Assembly: GCA_964421015.1 (NCBI GenBank) | Contig: CAYQUS010000001.1 | Span: 91,819 to 155,818, forward strand | DNA length: 64,000 nt | Direction of reading: 5' to 3' | Origin: an uncultured Planctomycetia bacterium | GTDB taxonomy: Bacteria > Omnitrophota > Gorgyraeia > Tantalellales > Tantalellaceae | Shown here: positions 29,723 through 38,820 of the stretch, one piece after another | How positions within the stretch are numbered: position 1 is the first letter of the stretch | How the letters are laid out: each line of letters starts with the position of its first letter | Translations under genes and position numbers: made by a program | Notes under the pieces: model-generated | What the model was told of the DNA's origin: nothing | The model's input: only the letters and a program-made list of their open reading frames with translations | The model's database searches: none

Positions 29723-31191
29723 GTCAGCCTCTTTCGCAGCATTTCCCCTGCTACTTTTGGGTTTGCCTTTCCTTTTGTCAGTTTCATAACCTGTCCCACA
29801 AGAAAACTCAGAGCCGCTTCCTTTCCCGACCTGTAATCCTCCACACTTTTAGCGTTACCGTCTATTACCCCCGATATCACTTCTTCGAGTTCGGATGTAT
29901 CGGAGACCTGCTCCATGCCGAGTTCCCTGACTATATCCTCCGGATTTTTCCCGCTCTCGAGCGTTCTCTTTAGCACCTCTTTCGCGGAAAGCGCGCTTAT
30001 CCTTGAGGAAACCGTCATCCTGACTATCCCGGCAAGATGTCCCGGGTCAAGTCCGATGGAAAGGATGTCCTTTCCTTTTTCATTCATGTGCATCATTACC
30101 TCGCCCTTGATCCAGTTGCACACGGCCTGTTTTTCGGGATATAGCTTGACGGTATTTTCGTAAAAATCGGCGACATCCCTATCCGCCACAAGAGCATCAA
30201 CGTCTTTCTCGGAAAGACCATACTGCTCTAAGAACCGTTTCTTTTTCTCTCCTGCCAATTCGGGAAGACCTTTCCTTATATGCTCCACCACTTCCGGCTC
30301 CACCTCGAAAGGAACAAGATCAGGGTCCGGAAAGTACCGGTAATCCTGCGCCTCTTCCTTGGATCTCATCGATACGGTAACTCCCCTTTTTTCATCCCAC
30401 AACCGGGTCTCCTGGGATATTGTCCCCCCGTCTTCAAGAATGTCTTTCTGACGCGATATCTCATAAGAAAGAGCTTCCCTTACCGCCTTGAAAGAATTAA
30501 GGTTCTTTATCTCCACTTTCACCCCTAACTTGGAAACACCCGAGGGTTTAAGGGAGATATTGGCGTCACATCTCAAACTTCCTTCCTCCATATTGCAGTC
30601 GGAAACGCCGAGATACTTCACTGTGCGTTTAAGTTCCACTAGGTACTTATAGGCTTCCTCCGGCGAATTCATGTGCGGCTCCGAAACTATCTCAAGCAGA
30701 GGGGTGCCCGTCCGGTTAAGATCGACGTAACTGAACGGTCCGGAAGTGTCATGGATAAGTTTGCCCGCGTCCTCTTCCAGGTGCGCCCGGGTAACCCCGA
30801 TCACTTTCGGCTCGCCATTTTCACCCTGAATGGTTATTTTACCGTCATAGGCTATTGGCATGTCGTACTGACTTATCTGATAGTTCTTGGGAAGATCGGG
30901 ATAATAGTAATTTTTACGGTCGAATTTAACTATTTTCTGCACACCGCAATCCAGGGCAAGAGCTACCTTTATGGCATATTCGAATGCTTTCCTGTTAAGT
31001 ACCGGCAGGGTCCCGGGATGTCCAAGGCATACGGGACAGACCGCCGAATTGGGTTCCAGTCCGAAAGTGTTCCTGCAGGAACAGAAAACTTTTGTTTCCG
31101 TAGAAAGCTGAACATGCGTCTCTAAACCTATCACAGTGTCGTATCCTGGCATAAAACCCCTATCTTGTGGTATATCCCGCCGAGCTTTCAA
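29719..31191 (-). CDS. gatB: Asp-tRNA(Asn)/Glu-tRNA(Gln) amidotransferase subunit B
   Basis: YDTVIGLETHVQLSTETKVFCSC N-terminus, 490 aa. Confidence 0.9.
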   Translation of the reverse strand: MKARRDIPQDRGFMPGYDTVIGLETHVQLSTETKVFCSCRNTFGLEPNSAVCPVCLGHPGTLPVLNRKAFEYAIKVALALDCGVQKIVKFDRKNYYYPDLPKNYQISQYDMPIAYDGKITIQGENGEPKVIGVTRAHLEEDAGKLIHDTSGPFSYVDLNRTGTPLLEIVSEPHMNSPEEAYKYLVELKRTVKYLGVSDCNMEEGSLRCDANISLKPSGVSKLGVKVEIKNLNSFKAVREALSYEISRQKDILEDGGTISQETRLWDEKRGVTVSMRSKEEAQDYRYFPDPDLVPFEVEPEVVEHIRKGLPELAGEKKKRFLEQYGLSEKDVDALVADRDVADFYENTVKLYPEKQAVCNWIKGEVMMHMNEKGKDILSIGLDPGHLAGIVRMTVSSRISALSAKEVLKRTLESGKNPEDIVRELGMEQVSDTSELEEVISGVIDGNAKSVEDYRSGKEAALSFLVGQVMKLTKGKANPKVAGEMLRKRLT

Positions 31192-32596
31192 AAGCGTGGG
31201 CGGCTCTTATGACTATATCCTCACGAAAAGCCCCTGCCATTATCTGAAGACCCGCCGGCATGTTGTTCTCAGCCGGTCCGCACGGCACCGAAATGGCCGG
31301 TATCCCGGCCAGGTTAGCGGGTATCGTGAAAATATCAGACAGGTACATCTCAAGCGGATCCCTGGTCTTCTCCCCTATGCCGAAAGCCGTGGTCGGTGAA
31401 GTCGGAGTGATAAGGCAGTCGCAAGAGCTAAAAACCGACCTGAAATCATCCGCGATCTTGGTTCTTACCTTCTGTGCCTTAAGATAGTATTCTCCGTAAT
31501 AACCGCTGCTTAGTGAATATGTCCCGAGAAGTATTCTTCTTTTCACCTCGTCGCCGAAACCCTCGCTGCGCGACTTTACGTACATATCTATCATGTCATC
31601 ATGATGCCGGGACCGGTACCCGTAATGCGCCCCGTCATATCTGGCCAGATTGGAACTCGCCTCGGCCGGCCCCACTATGTAGTAGCAGCTTATGGCGTAT
31701 TTCGTGTGGGGTAGAGACACATCTATTATCTCTGCTCCCAGAGACCTGAAAACCTGTATGGCCTCCTCCACTCTCTTCCTTACTCCGTCGGATATGCCTT
31801 GCGGAAAATATTCCTTAGGCACCCCTACCCTGAGACCTTTTATGTCACGCCCCAGCTCCCTTGTATAATCAGGAACATCTATGTCTACCGAGGTAGAATC
31901 CCTTTTGTCGTACCCGGCTATTATCTGAAGCATCGCGGCGGCGTCAGCCACATTCCTTGTTATGGGCCCGATCTGATCAAGACTTGAAGCGAAAGCTATG
32001 AGTCCATACCTGGAAACCCTGCCGTATGTGGGCTTAAGCCCTACAACTCCGCACATGGACGCCGGCTGTCTTATCGAGCCTCCGGTATCCGACCCTATGG
32101 CCGAGGGGACCTCTCCCGCGGCTACGGCCGCGGCGGCTCCCCCGCTCGACCCCCCGGGTATCCTTGCTTTATCCAGAGGATTCTTTGTGGGCCCGAAACA
32201 GGATGTTTCGCATGACGAACCGAACGCGAACTCGTCCATATTCAGGCCTTCCAGTAAAAGCGCCCCTTCTGAATAGAGCCTCTCTGCCACATGAGCGTCG
32301 TATATGGGCCTGAAACTCTCTAGCATCCTGGAACAACAGGTGGTAAGAGCCCCTTTCAGGCATATGTTGTTCTTTATGCCTATCGGTACTCCCCAGAGCT
32401 TCCCCTTCCCGTCGGACTTCGCCACCTCATCCGCTCTTCGCTTTATCTCCTTTTCATCGATAAAAGCAAAAGCTTTTATATCACGATCTGTCTCTTTTAT
32501 ATGCCCTATTACAGCTTCGGCTGCGGCAGGAAAATCCGCCCGATAGCCTTTAACCCATTCCCTGCAACTTTCTATGCCTGAAAGACTGTTCTTCAT
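31160..32596 (-). CDS. gatA: Asp-tRNA(Asn)/Glu-tRNA(Gln) amidotransferase subunit A
   Basis: Amidase signature GGSSGGAAAAVAAG..GSDTGGSIRQPAS. Confidence 0.9.
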   Translation of the reverse strand: MKNSLSGIESCREWVKGYRADFPAAAEAVIGHIKETDRDIKAFAFIDEKEIKRRADEVAKSDGKGKLWGVPIGIKNNICLKGALTTCCSRMLESFRPIYDAHVAERLYSEGALLLEGLNMDEFAFGSSCETSCFGPTKNPLDKARIPGGSSGGAAAAVAAGEVPSAIGSDTGGSIRQPASMCGVVGLKPTYGRVSRYGLIAFASSLDQIGPITRNVADAAAMLQIIAGYDKRDSTSVDIDVPDYTRELGRDIKGLRVGVPKEYFPQGISDGVRKRVEEAIQVFRSLGAEIIDVSLPHTKYAISCYYIVGPAEASSNLARYDGAHYGYRSRHHDDMIDMYVKSRSEGFGDEVKRRILLGTYSLSSGYYGEYYLKAQKVRTKIADDFRSVFSSCDCLITPTSPTTAFGIGEKTRDPLEMYLSDIFTIPANLAGIPAISVPCGPAENNMPAGLQIMAGAFREDIVIRAAHAFESSAGYTTR

Positions 32597-32901
32597 TCCG
32601 TTTTTCCCTTGATGATACGCGGCACTTTAAAAAACTCCTCGGTCGCGTCGGGAGCGTTCAAAAGCGCCTCCCTGGTCGTGACCGAAGGCATTTGCTTGTC
32701 TTCCCTGAAAACATTTTTCATAGAAGGAAGCACATGTGTCGTGGGCGCCACACCGTCGGTGTTCACCTCATGCAGCTGTTCGATGTACCCCAGTATCCCC
32801 GAAAGCTGTTCTCTGAACATCTTTTCCTCGCCCTTGCCCAGGGATATCCTGGCAAGCGAGGCCGCGTAATGCACCACAGCGTCATTTACTATGTTTTCCA
32901 T
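32593..32901 (-). CDS. gatC: Asp-tRNA(Asn)/Glu-tRNA(Gln) amidotransferase subunit C
   Basis: 102 aa, VAHLARLS-like (VVHYAASLARISL), gatC-gatA-gatB order. Confidence 0.85.
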   Translation of the reverse strand: MENIVNDAVVHYAASLARISLGKGEEKMFREQLSGILGYIEQLHEVNTDGVAPTTHVLPSMKNVFREDKQMPSVTTREALLNAPDATEEFFKVPRIIKGKTE

Positions 32902-32940
32902 ACTCCGCCTTTCATTCCGGTCATTATGAACACTTCGGCG

Positions 32941-33798
32941 TTAATTGCCGCCAATAGCCTTTTCTGCCTCATCCGATATCCTGGCATAGAGCTCCAGAGA
33001 AATATCCTCGGCTCTTAAGGATCCGTCCACGCCAGAACTTTTAAGAACGGCCGCCCATTTATCTTTACACATTCCCATAAACCCCGAAGAGGACAACGGG
33101 TTAAGGACCTTCTTTCTCCTCTCGGAAAAGGCCTTCCTTATTATCCGGAACATAACCTCGGGATTTCCCACCTCAACGGATGGTCTATCGAGGAAATCTA
33201 TCCCGACAAGACAGGATTCGACCTTGGGTTTCGGGAAAAAACAGTTTTTGCTTATTTTAAAAAATCTGCGGACCCGCGCGTGATAGTTCACGTAACACGT
33301 AACCGCTCCGTAAACCTTCGTCCCGGGAGAGGCGCACAGCCTCGCCGCCACTTCGTCCTGTATTACCATGTAAAGCGCGCTTACTGAATCCTTGTTTTCT
33401 ATAGCCTTCTCTATTATGGGGACGGTTATGTTGTATGGAACATTGCCGTAAATAAATATCCTCCCGTCTACCCCTGCCGCCATAGCTTTTATGTCAACAT
33501 CCAGAATATCCGAGAAAACAGGTTCTACTTTAGGATCATCCCCGAACTTTTCCGCGATATATCGGTAAAGTTCCTCGTCCTTTTCCACGGCGAAAACTTT
33601 CCCGGACGCTTGCGCCAGGCTTTCGGTCATCATCCCGAACCCCGGGCCTATCTCAAGTACTGTCAAATCCCCGGCGAGAGGCAAGAACGTCAGTATCTTG
33701 TCGCGCACGTTCTTATCCACCAAAAAATTCTGCCCCAGTCTCTTGTCTGGCCTGAAAGCCCCGGAAAAACATCTTCCCTTTAATTCCCCTATATCCAT
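32941..33798 (-). CDS. rsmA: 16S rRNA (adenine1518/1519-N6)-dimethyltransferase
   Basis: LGQNFLVD..LEIGPGFGMMTE motifs of KsgA. Confidence 0.9.
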   Translation of the reverse strand: MDIGELKGRCFSGAFRPDKRLGQNFLVDKNVRDKILTFLPLAGDLTVLEIGPGFGMMTESLAQASGKVFAVEKDEELYRYIAEKFGDDPKVEPVFSDILDVDIKAMAAGVDGRIFIYGNVPYNITVPIIEKAIENKDSVSALYMVIQDEVAARLCASPGTKVYGAVTCYVNYHARVRRFFKISKNCFFPKPKVESCLVGIDFLDRPSVEVGNPEVMFRIIRKAFSERRKKVLNPLSSSGFMGMCKDKWAAVLKSSGVDGSLRAEDISLELYARISDEAEKAIGGN

Positions 33799-33809
33799 AA
33801 AGGCGGCCC

Positions 33810-34808
33810 CTACACCGGATGCTTCGCGCTTAGAGCCCTGATAGCGAGTTTTATGGCGCTTTCCATGGATTCCGGATCGGCTATACCCTTGCCGGCTATA
33901 TCAAAAGCCGTACCGTGATCGGGAGATGTCCTTACTAAACCCAACCCCAGGGTCAGGTTAACCCCGTCATTGAAATCCAGCATTTTAAACGGTCCCAGAC
34001 ATTGATCATGATACATGGCTATAACGATACTCCCCGGTCTTGAAAGGGCCTTATAGAACGCCACGTCCGAGGGAACCGGCCCCTCTATGAAAGGATATTT
34101 TCCGAGAGCCTGTTTTATCGCCGGCGCTATAACCGTCTTTTCCTCGTCTCCCATTTTACCGCCTTCACCCGCGTGAGGGTTAAGCGCTGTCACGATAACC
34201 ACCGGGTCCGGCACTCCCGACAGCAGGGCTCTGTCCTTTACCACCTGCTCAATGGTCCTGTGCACAAGATCTTTCGTCAATCTCCTGGACACATCCTTCA
34301 ATGCGACGTGACGTGTAACGGGGACCACCCTGAGCTTTTCTCCGACAAAAGCCATAACGACGAAATCAGACCCCACTGCTTCCTGCAGGAATTCCGTGTG
34401 CCCCACGAAACCGCTTTGTACCATAGATATGTTTTCTTTGCTGACCGGAGAAGTGACCAGCGCTCTGGGACGGCCGTCATCTTGCCGTAAAACCAGTTCA
34501 AGGCCCTTTTCTATGGATTTAAGCGCTTTGACCGCGCCCTCCTTTGTGGGCTTCCCCGGGATAGACTCGCCAAGAGTCTCTCCTGTATCCACAAAAGTCA
34601 CATCCCCCCTGTAATCAAAAAAGACCTCGGGGAAATGATCCTTAAAACTCTCCGAAAGAACATTTCTGTCCCCGACCACGGCGAACGTCACCTTTCCCGA
34701 AGGCAAGATCCGTTTGATCGCCTTGGCCAATATCTCCGGGCCTATACCGGCAGGATCTCCCATTGTTATGACTATTTCCGGAACGGGAATTTTCTTTTCG
34801 TCAGGCAT
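33810..34808 (-). CDS. pdxA: 4-hydroxythreonine-4-phosphate dehydrogenase
   Basis: ITMGDPAGIGPEI and GHTE motifs. Confidence 0.9.
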   Translation of the reverse strand: MPDEKKIPVPEIVITMGDPAGIGPEILAKAIKRILPSGKVTFAVVGDRNVLSESFKDHFPEVFFDYRGDVTFVDTGETLGESIPGKPTKEGAVKALKSIEKGLELVLRQDDGRPRALVTSPVSKENISMVQSGFVGHTEFLQEAVGSDFVVMAFVGEKLRVVPVTRHVALKDVSRRLTKDLVHRTIEQVVKDRALLSGVPDPVVIVTALNPHAGEGGKMGDEEKTVIAPAIKQALGKYPFIEGPVPSDVAFYKALSRPGSIVIAMYHDQCLGPFKMLDFNDGVNLTLGLGLVRTSPDHGTAFDIAGKGIADPESMESAIKLAIRALSAKHPV

Positions 34809-34844
34809 ATTGTTAAAAATTTTTTGAATTAACCGGGAACTTCG

Positions 34845-35828
34845 TTACTTGTATGATATGTACGCCTCTTTCCTCTGTTCCTCAAGATACTTTATGAGCC
34901 CCTCCTGGAATTTACCCATAAAGATCTGCTCCCTGAGAAAATCATTAACTTCGGCAAATTCGAGGGTCCTTGGCTCCTTTACCTCTTCAACCTTAAAGAT
35001 GTGGTACCCTATCGGAGTCTCAACTATCTCCGAGATATCGCCTACCCCGAGCGAGAACAGCACCGTGTCTATCTCGGGGACCGTCTGTCCTTGGGCGATA
35101 TAACCCATATTCCCGCCGTCTTCGGCATACGGCCCTTCAGAGGTCTCCACCGCAAGAAGTGAAAAGTCTTTGGTATTAAGGGCCTTTTCCCTCACCTCTT
35201 CCATTTTTTTACGAGAGTCCTCGTTGCTTCGGTCCTCTCTTTTTCGGATCATGATGGTCTTAACAAGGAGCTGTTTGGGCGCCATCATCTCATCGATATG
35301 CTCGTCGTAAAAATCCTTCACTTCACCCGGGGTCACCATTATGGAGGAAGCTACCTCCTCCTGCACAAGTTTCTGCGCCAGCATTTGTTCCCGGATCTCT
35401 TTCTCGAACTCGGAAAGATTGGTCCCTCTGTCACTGAGCGCTTTAAGAAAATCCGCTTCGCTTCCGTAGTACGCTTTCTTTATCGTATCGATGCGCCTTT
35501 TCAGCTCTTCCTCATCTATCTCTATTTTCTTTTTTTTAGCTATGCTGGTGGCTAGCTTGGCGTTTATCAGGTGGTCCTTTACTCCGCTTTCGGCTTCCTG
35601 TAGCTTCTGATTAAGCTCGTCTCCTGAGAAATTCTGCTCAAGATTTCTCTTTATCGGCTGAAAAACCCTGTCAAATTCCCTTTGAGTCACAACTTCATCG
35701 TTCACTACTATGAGTATCCTGTCCAGGGCCTCGGCCCATGAAACAGATGGTTTTGCCGATGAAAAAACCAAAAGAGCCAGTATCAAAAATACGGTGAAAA
35801 CCGTTTTCTCAGATTTCTTTTCAAACAT
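34845..35828 (-). CDS. surA: SurA-like periplasmic chaperone / parvulin-type peptidyl-prolyl isomerase
   Basis: Signal peptide, SurA N-domain-like helices, PpiC domain (GGNMGYIAQGQTVPE..PIGYHIFKV); surA-pdxA-ksgA synteny as in E. coli. Confidence 0.7.
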   Translation of the reverse strand: MFEKKSEKTVFTVFLILALLVFSSAKPSVSWAEALDRILIVVNDEVVTQREFDRVFQPIKRNLEQNFSGDELNQKLQEAESGVKDHLINAKLATSIAKKKKIEIDEEELKRRIDTIKKAYYGSEADFLKALSDRGTNLSEFEKEIREQMLAQKLVQEEVASSIMVTPGEVKDFYDEHIDEMMAPKQLLVKTIMIRKREDRSNEDSRKKMEEVREKALNTKDFSLLAVETSEGPYAEDGGNMGYIAQGQTVPEIDTVLFSLGVGDISEIVETPIGYHIFKVEEVKEPRTLEFAEVNDFLREQIFMGKFQEGLIKYLEEQRKEAYISYK

Positions 35829-36741
35829 CCTGTATCCCTCCGTCTTTTTTACCGGGATCTTTCCCGGGTACGTTGCTTTCCGCTGGAACTTCCTCCGACA
35901 ACGCTTCCTCGTTAACCTCTATTACCGTGGATCCCTTGAGGCCCTCGATCAGTTCATTGAACTTCTCCCGCCTTTTCTCTTCACGTATCCTGAGCGATAT
36001 CTCATCCTTTACCTGTTCTATGGGCTTTTCCGACGGGTCCCTTCGATCTGTAAGCTTGATTATGTGATACCCCAGACTGGTTCTCACCACCCCGCTTGTT
36101 TCACCTATTTTCAACCTGGAACAGACCTGGTCGAATTCCGGAAGAAGCTGCCCTTTAGGGAAATACCCTATGTCCCCTCCGCTCTGCGCAGTCGGATCTA
36201 AAGATCTTTCTCTGGCCACTTTCTCGAAACTTTCTCCGGCTCTGAGCTCCTCGAGGACCTCATTGGCGTCCTCCAGCGTCCCCACAAGTATGTGGGAGGC
36301 TCTCATGGCCTCGGGAGTCATGTACCGGGATATATTGGCACGGTAAAATTCCTCTATCTCCCCGTCGGTGACTTCCATCCCCGACTCTATCTCGTTGCTG
36401 AGAAGCTTCGCCACAAGTATCTTCTTTCTGGCTTCGTCTATTACTTTTTTTACATCCTCATCCTCATCTATCCCCTTTCTCAGGGCTTCCTGGTAAAGCA
36501 AAGTGTCATTTATGAGCTCCTGAAGATAGGCGGCTTTTCTTTTCTTAACTATCTCCCTATACCGGTCAGGAAGGTTAGACACTCTTTCATTGAAATCTGT
36601 TACGGTTATGCTTGTATCTCCTATGCGCACAAGCACGTCTTCCTTTTTAGAAGGCGTTTTCCCGCAGCCCGGAACACATAAGAACATGACCGTTATAAGA
36701 CACGCTATTATTCTCTCTCTGGCAGCCTTCATGATATGCAC
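35821..36741 (-). CDS. PpiC/parvulin-type peptidyl-prolyl isomerase lipoprotein (PrsA-like)
   Basis: Lipobox LCVPGCG, PpiC domain MRASHILV..GGDIGYF..GYHIIKL. Confidence 0.7.
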   Translation of the reverse strand: MHIMKAARERIIACLITVMFLCVPGCGKTPSKKEDVLVRIGDTSITVTDFNERVSNLPDRYREIVKKRKAAYLQELINDTLLYQEALRKGIDEDEDVKKVIDEARKKILVAKLLSNEIESGMEVTDGEIEEFYRANISRYMTPEAMRASHILVGTLEDANEVLEELRAGESFEKVARERSLDPTAQSGGDIGYFPKGQLLPEFDQVCSRLKIGETSGVVRTSLGYHIIKLTDRRDPSEKPIEQVKDEISLRIREEKRREKFNELIEGLKGSTVIEVNEEALSEEVPAESNVPGKDPGKKDGGIQDV

Positions 36742-36864
36742 GCTCTTTCGTGGGTTATATTTTAAAAAGTCCCCGACTATAATATCAGAATAACCTTAGG
36801 CCTTCAAGCTCATTCAGGGCAACTGAAAGTGTTACCGTAAGCAAAACCACGGCTTATCCGTAAA

Positions 36865-38769
36865 TTACTCACGGGGCTTCGCCTCTCCCCGCAGCCTGGC
36901 TATCTCACCTCTCAAAAGACGGCAGTAGAGATCGAACCCTACCTGATCTATGAATCCGCTTTGCTCTACCCCAAGGATGTTCCCCGCCCCTCTCATTTCA
37001 AGGTCATGCATCGCTATCTTGAAACCCGACCCCAGCTTCTGGTATTTGACTATCGCGTCCAACCTGGACTGAACTTCCCCGGGAAGAGAAGAAAGGTCCC
37101 TGACCGTAAGATACGCGTAAGCCTCTCTGTCGAAACGGCCTATGCGTCCTCTCAGCTGATATAGCTCGGCCAAACCGAATCTGTCAGCGTCGTCTATTAT
37201 CATTGTGTTTGCGTTAGGGATATCTATGCCTGATTCAATTATTGTCGTACATACCAGGATATCGGCCTCGCCTCTTATGAACTTTATCATGGTCCTCTCA
37301 AGCGTCCTGGAGCTCATCTGGCCGTGGGCTATCATGATCCTGGCTTTCGGGGAAAGTTTCGCCACTCTGGAGGCGACTTTATCTATGCTTTCCACCCTGT
37401 TGTGCACGTAATACACCTGACCCTTTCTGTCAAGTTCAAGCCGTATGGCATCCCGTACAATACCGTCCTCGTACTGAATGACCTTTGTACTTACGGGCAG
37501 GCGTTCGAGAGGGGGCGTCTCTATTACCGACATATCTTTCCCTCCCATAAGGGCAAGATAGAGCGTCCTCGGAATAGGGGTCGCCGTCATGCTGAGAACG
37601 TCTACGCTGACCCTCATTTTTTTTATCTTCTCTTTGTGCCTGACCCCGAACCTTTGTTCTTCGTCCACAATAAGAAGACCAAGATCCTTAAAGACCACGT
37701 CTTTAGATAAAAGCCTGTGTGTGCCTATGACAATATCCACTTCTCCGGATTCGAGGGATGCGAGGATAGCTTTCTGCTCAGCGGCCGTCCTGAACCTGTT
37801 GAGCATCTGTATATTAAGCGGAAAATCCTTTAGGCGCCTTGTAAAAGTGTCCGTATGCTGTTCCGCAAGTATTGTTGTCGGGACAAGAAACGCCACCTGT
37901 TTATTGTCCATCACGGCTTTAAAGGCCGCCCGAAGCGCTACCTCTGTCTTTCCGTACCCCACATCCCCGCAGAGAAGCCTGTCCATGGGTCTTTCGGACT
38001 CCATATCTTTCTTAACATCTGCTGTGGCCTTAAGCTGATCTTTGGTCTCTTTATGCGGGAAAGCTTCCTCGACGTCTTTTTGCCAGTCCGTATCCGGGCT
38101 GAAAGCGAAGGCCCTTGAACTTTCACGCTGGGCGGCCATTTCCAGAAGATCTTCGGCTATTTTATGGGCGGCCTTAGCGGCCTTCTTTTTGTCGGCCTCC
38201 CACTTTGTGCCCTTCAGGCTGCTTAGACCGGGAAGCTTCCTGTGGAAAGAAACATACCTCTGTATCTTGTTAAGATCTTTCCTCTCCACATAAAGCCGGT
38301 CCCCGCCTTCATATTCCAGGACAAGGTAATCTTTAAGGACACCTCCTCGCCTCATTCTCTGGAGCCCCACGTACCTGCCTATTCCGTGATCAATATGAAC
38401 TACCGTATCCCCGGGCTCGATATCCACAAAAGAATCTATCGGCATGTCCTCTCCGCTGAGAACAGCGCGCTTAAGACCTGAGCGCCTGAGAACAGTGAGA
38501 GGCAATATGACAACACCATTATGCTCGTCTATGGTCCTGAGAGAATCGAGTTCAACGCTTTTTATGGAAAGAATGACGCCTTCTGAAATATCCAGCCTGA
38601 CGGGATACTCGAAAGTGACCGGAAAAACCACCAGGGTCTCTCCCACGAGGGAGTAATCCCCCTCGCAAGAAACCTTTTTTACGCGAGTGTACCCATGCTC
38701 CTCAAGAAAGGAACCTATGCCTTCTATATCGCACGGCTCACCCGAGAAGAGCTTGATAGATTCCACCAT
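36865..38769 (-). CDS. mfd: Transcription-repair coupling factor Mfd, short form (634 aa) lacking N-terminal UvrA-binding module and C-terminal D7
   Basis: RNAP-interacting CarD/TRCF domain (IEPGDTVVHIDHGIGRYVGL), SF2 motifs (CGDVGYGKTEVA, DEEQRFG), TRG motif (LRGRIGRFDREAYAYL); no ORF upstream between it and argS. Confidence 0.8.
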   Translation of the reverse strand: MVESIKLFSGEPCDIEGIGSFLEEHGYTRVKKVSCEGDYSLVGETLVVFPVTFEYPVRLDISEGVILSIKSVELDSLRTIDEHNGVVILPLTVLRRSGLKRAVLSGEDMPIDSFVDIEPGDTVVHIDHGIGRYVGLQRMRRGGVLKDYLVLEYEGGDRLYVERKDLNKIQRYVSFHRKLPGLSSLKGTKWEADKKKAAKAAHKIAEDLLEMAAQRESSRAFAFSPDTDWQKDVEEAFPHKETKDQLKATADVKKDMESERPMDRLLCGDVGYGKTEVALRAAFKAVMDNKQVAFLVPTTILAEQHTDTFTRRLKDFPLNIQMLNRFRTAAEQKAILASLESGEVDIVIGTHRLLSKDVVFKDLGLLIVDEEQRFGVRHKEKIKKMRVSVDVLSMTATPIPRTLYLALMGGKDMSVIETPPLERLPVSTKVIQYEDGIVRDAIRLELDRKGQVYYVHNRVESIDKVASRVAKLSPKARIMIAHGQMSSRTLERTMIKFIRGEADILVCTTIIESGIDIPNANTMIIDDADRFGLAELYQLRGRIGRFDREAYAYLTVRDLSSLPGEVQSRLDAIVKYQKLGSGFKIAMHDLEMRGAGNILGVEQSGFIDQVGFDLYCRLLRGEIARLRGEAKPRE

Positions 38770-38820
38770 TTATTATCCGCCCCCGCTTCCCCGTTCTCCA
38801 GAGGATCACGCCGGAAAGCT

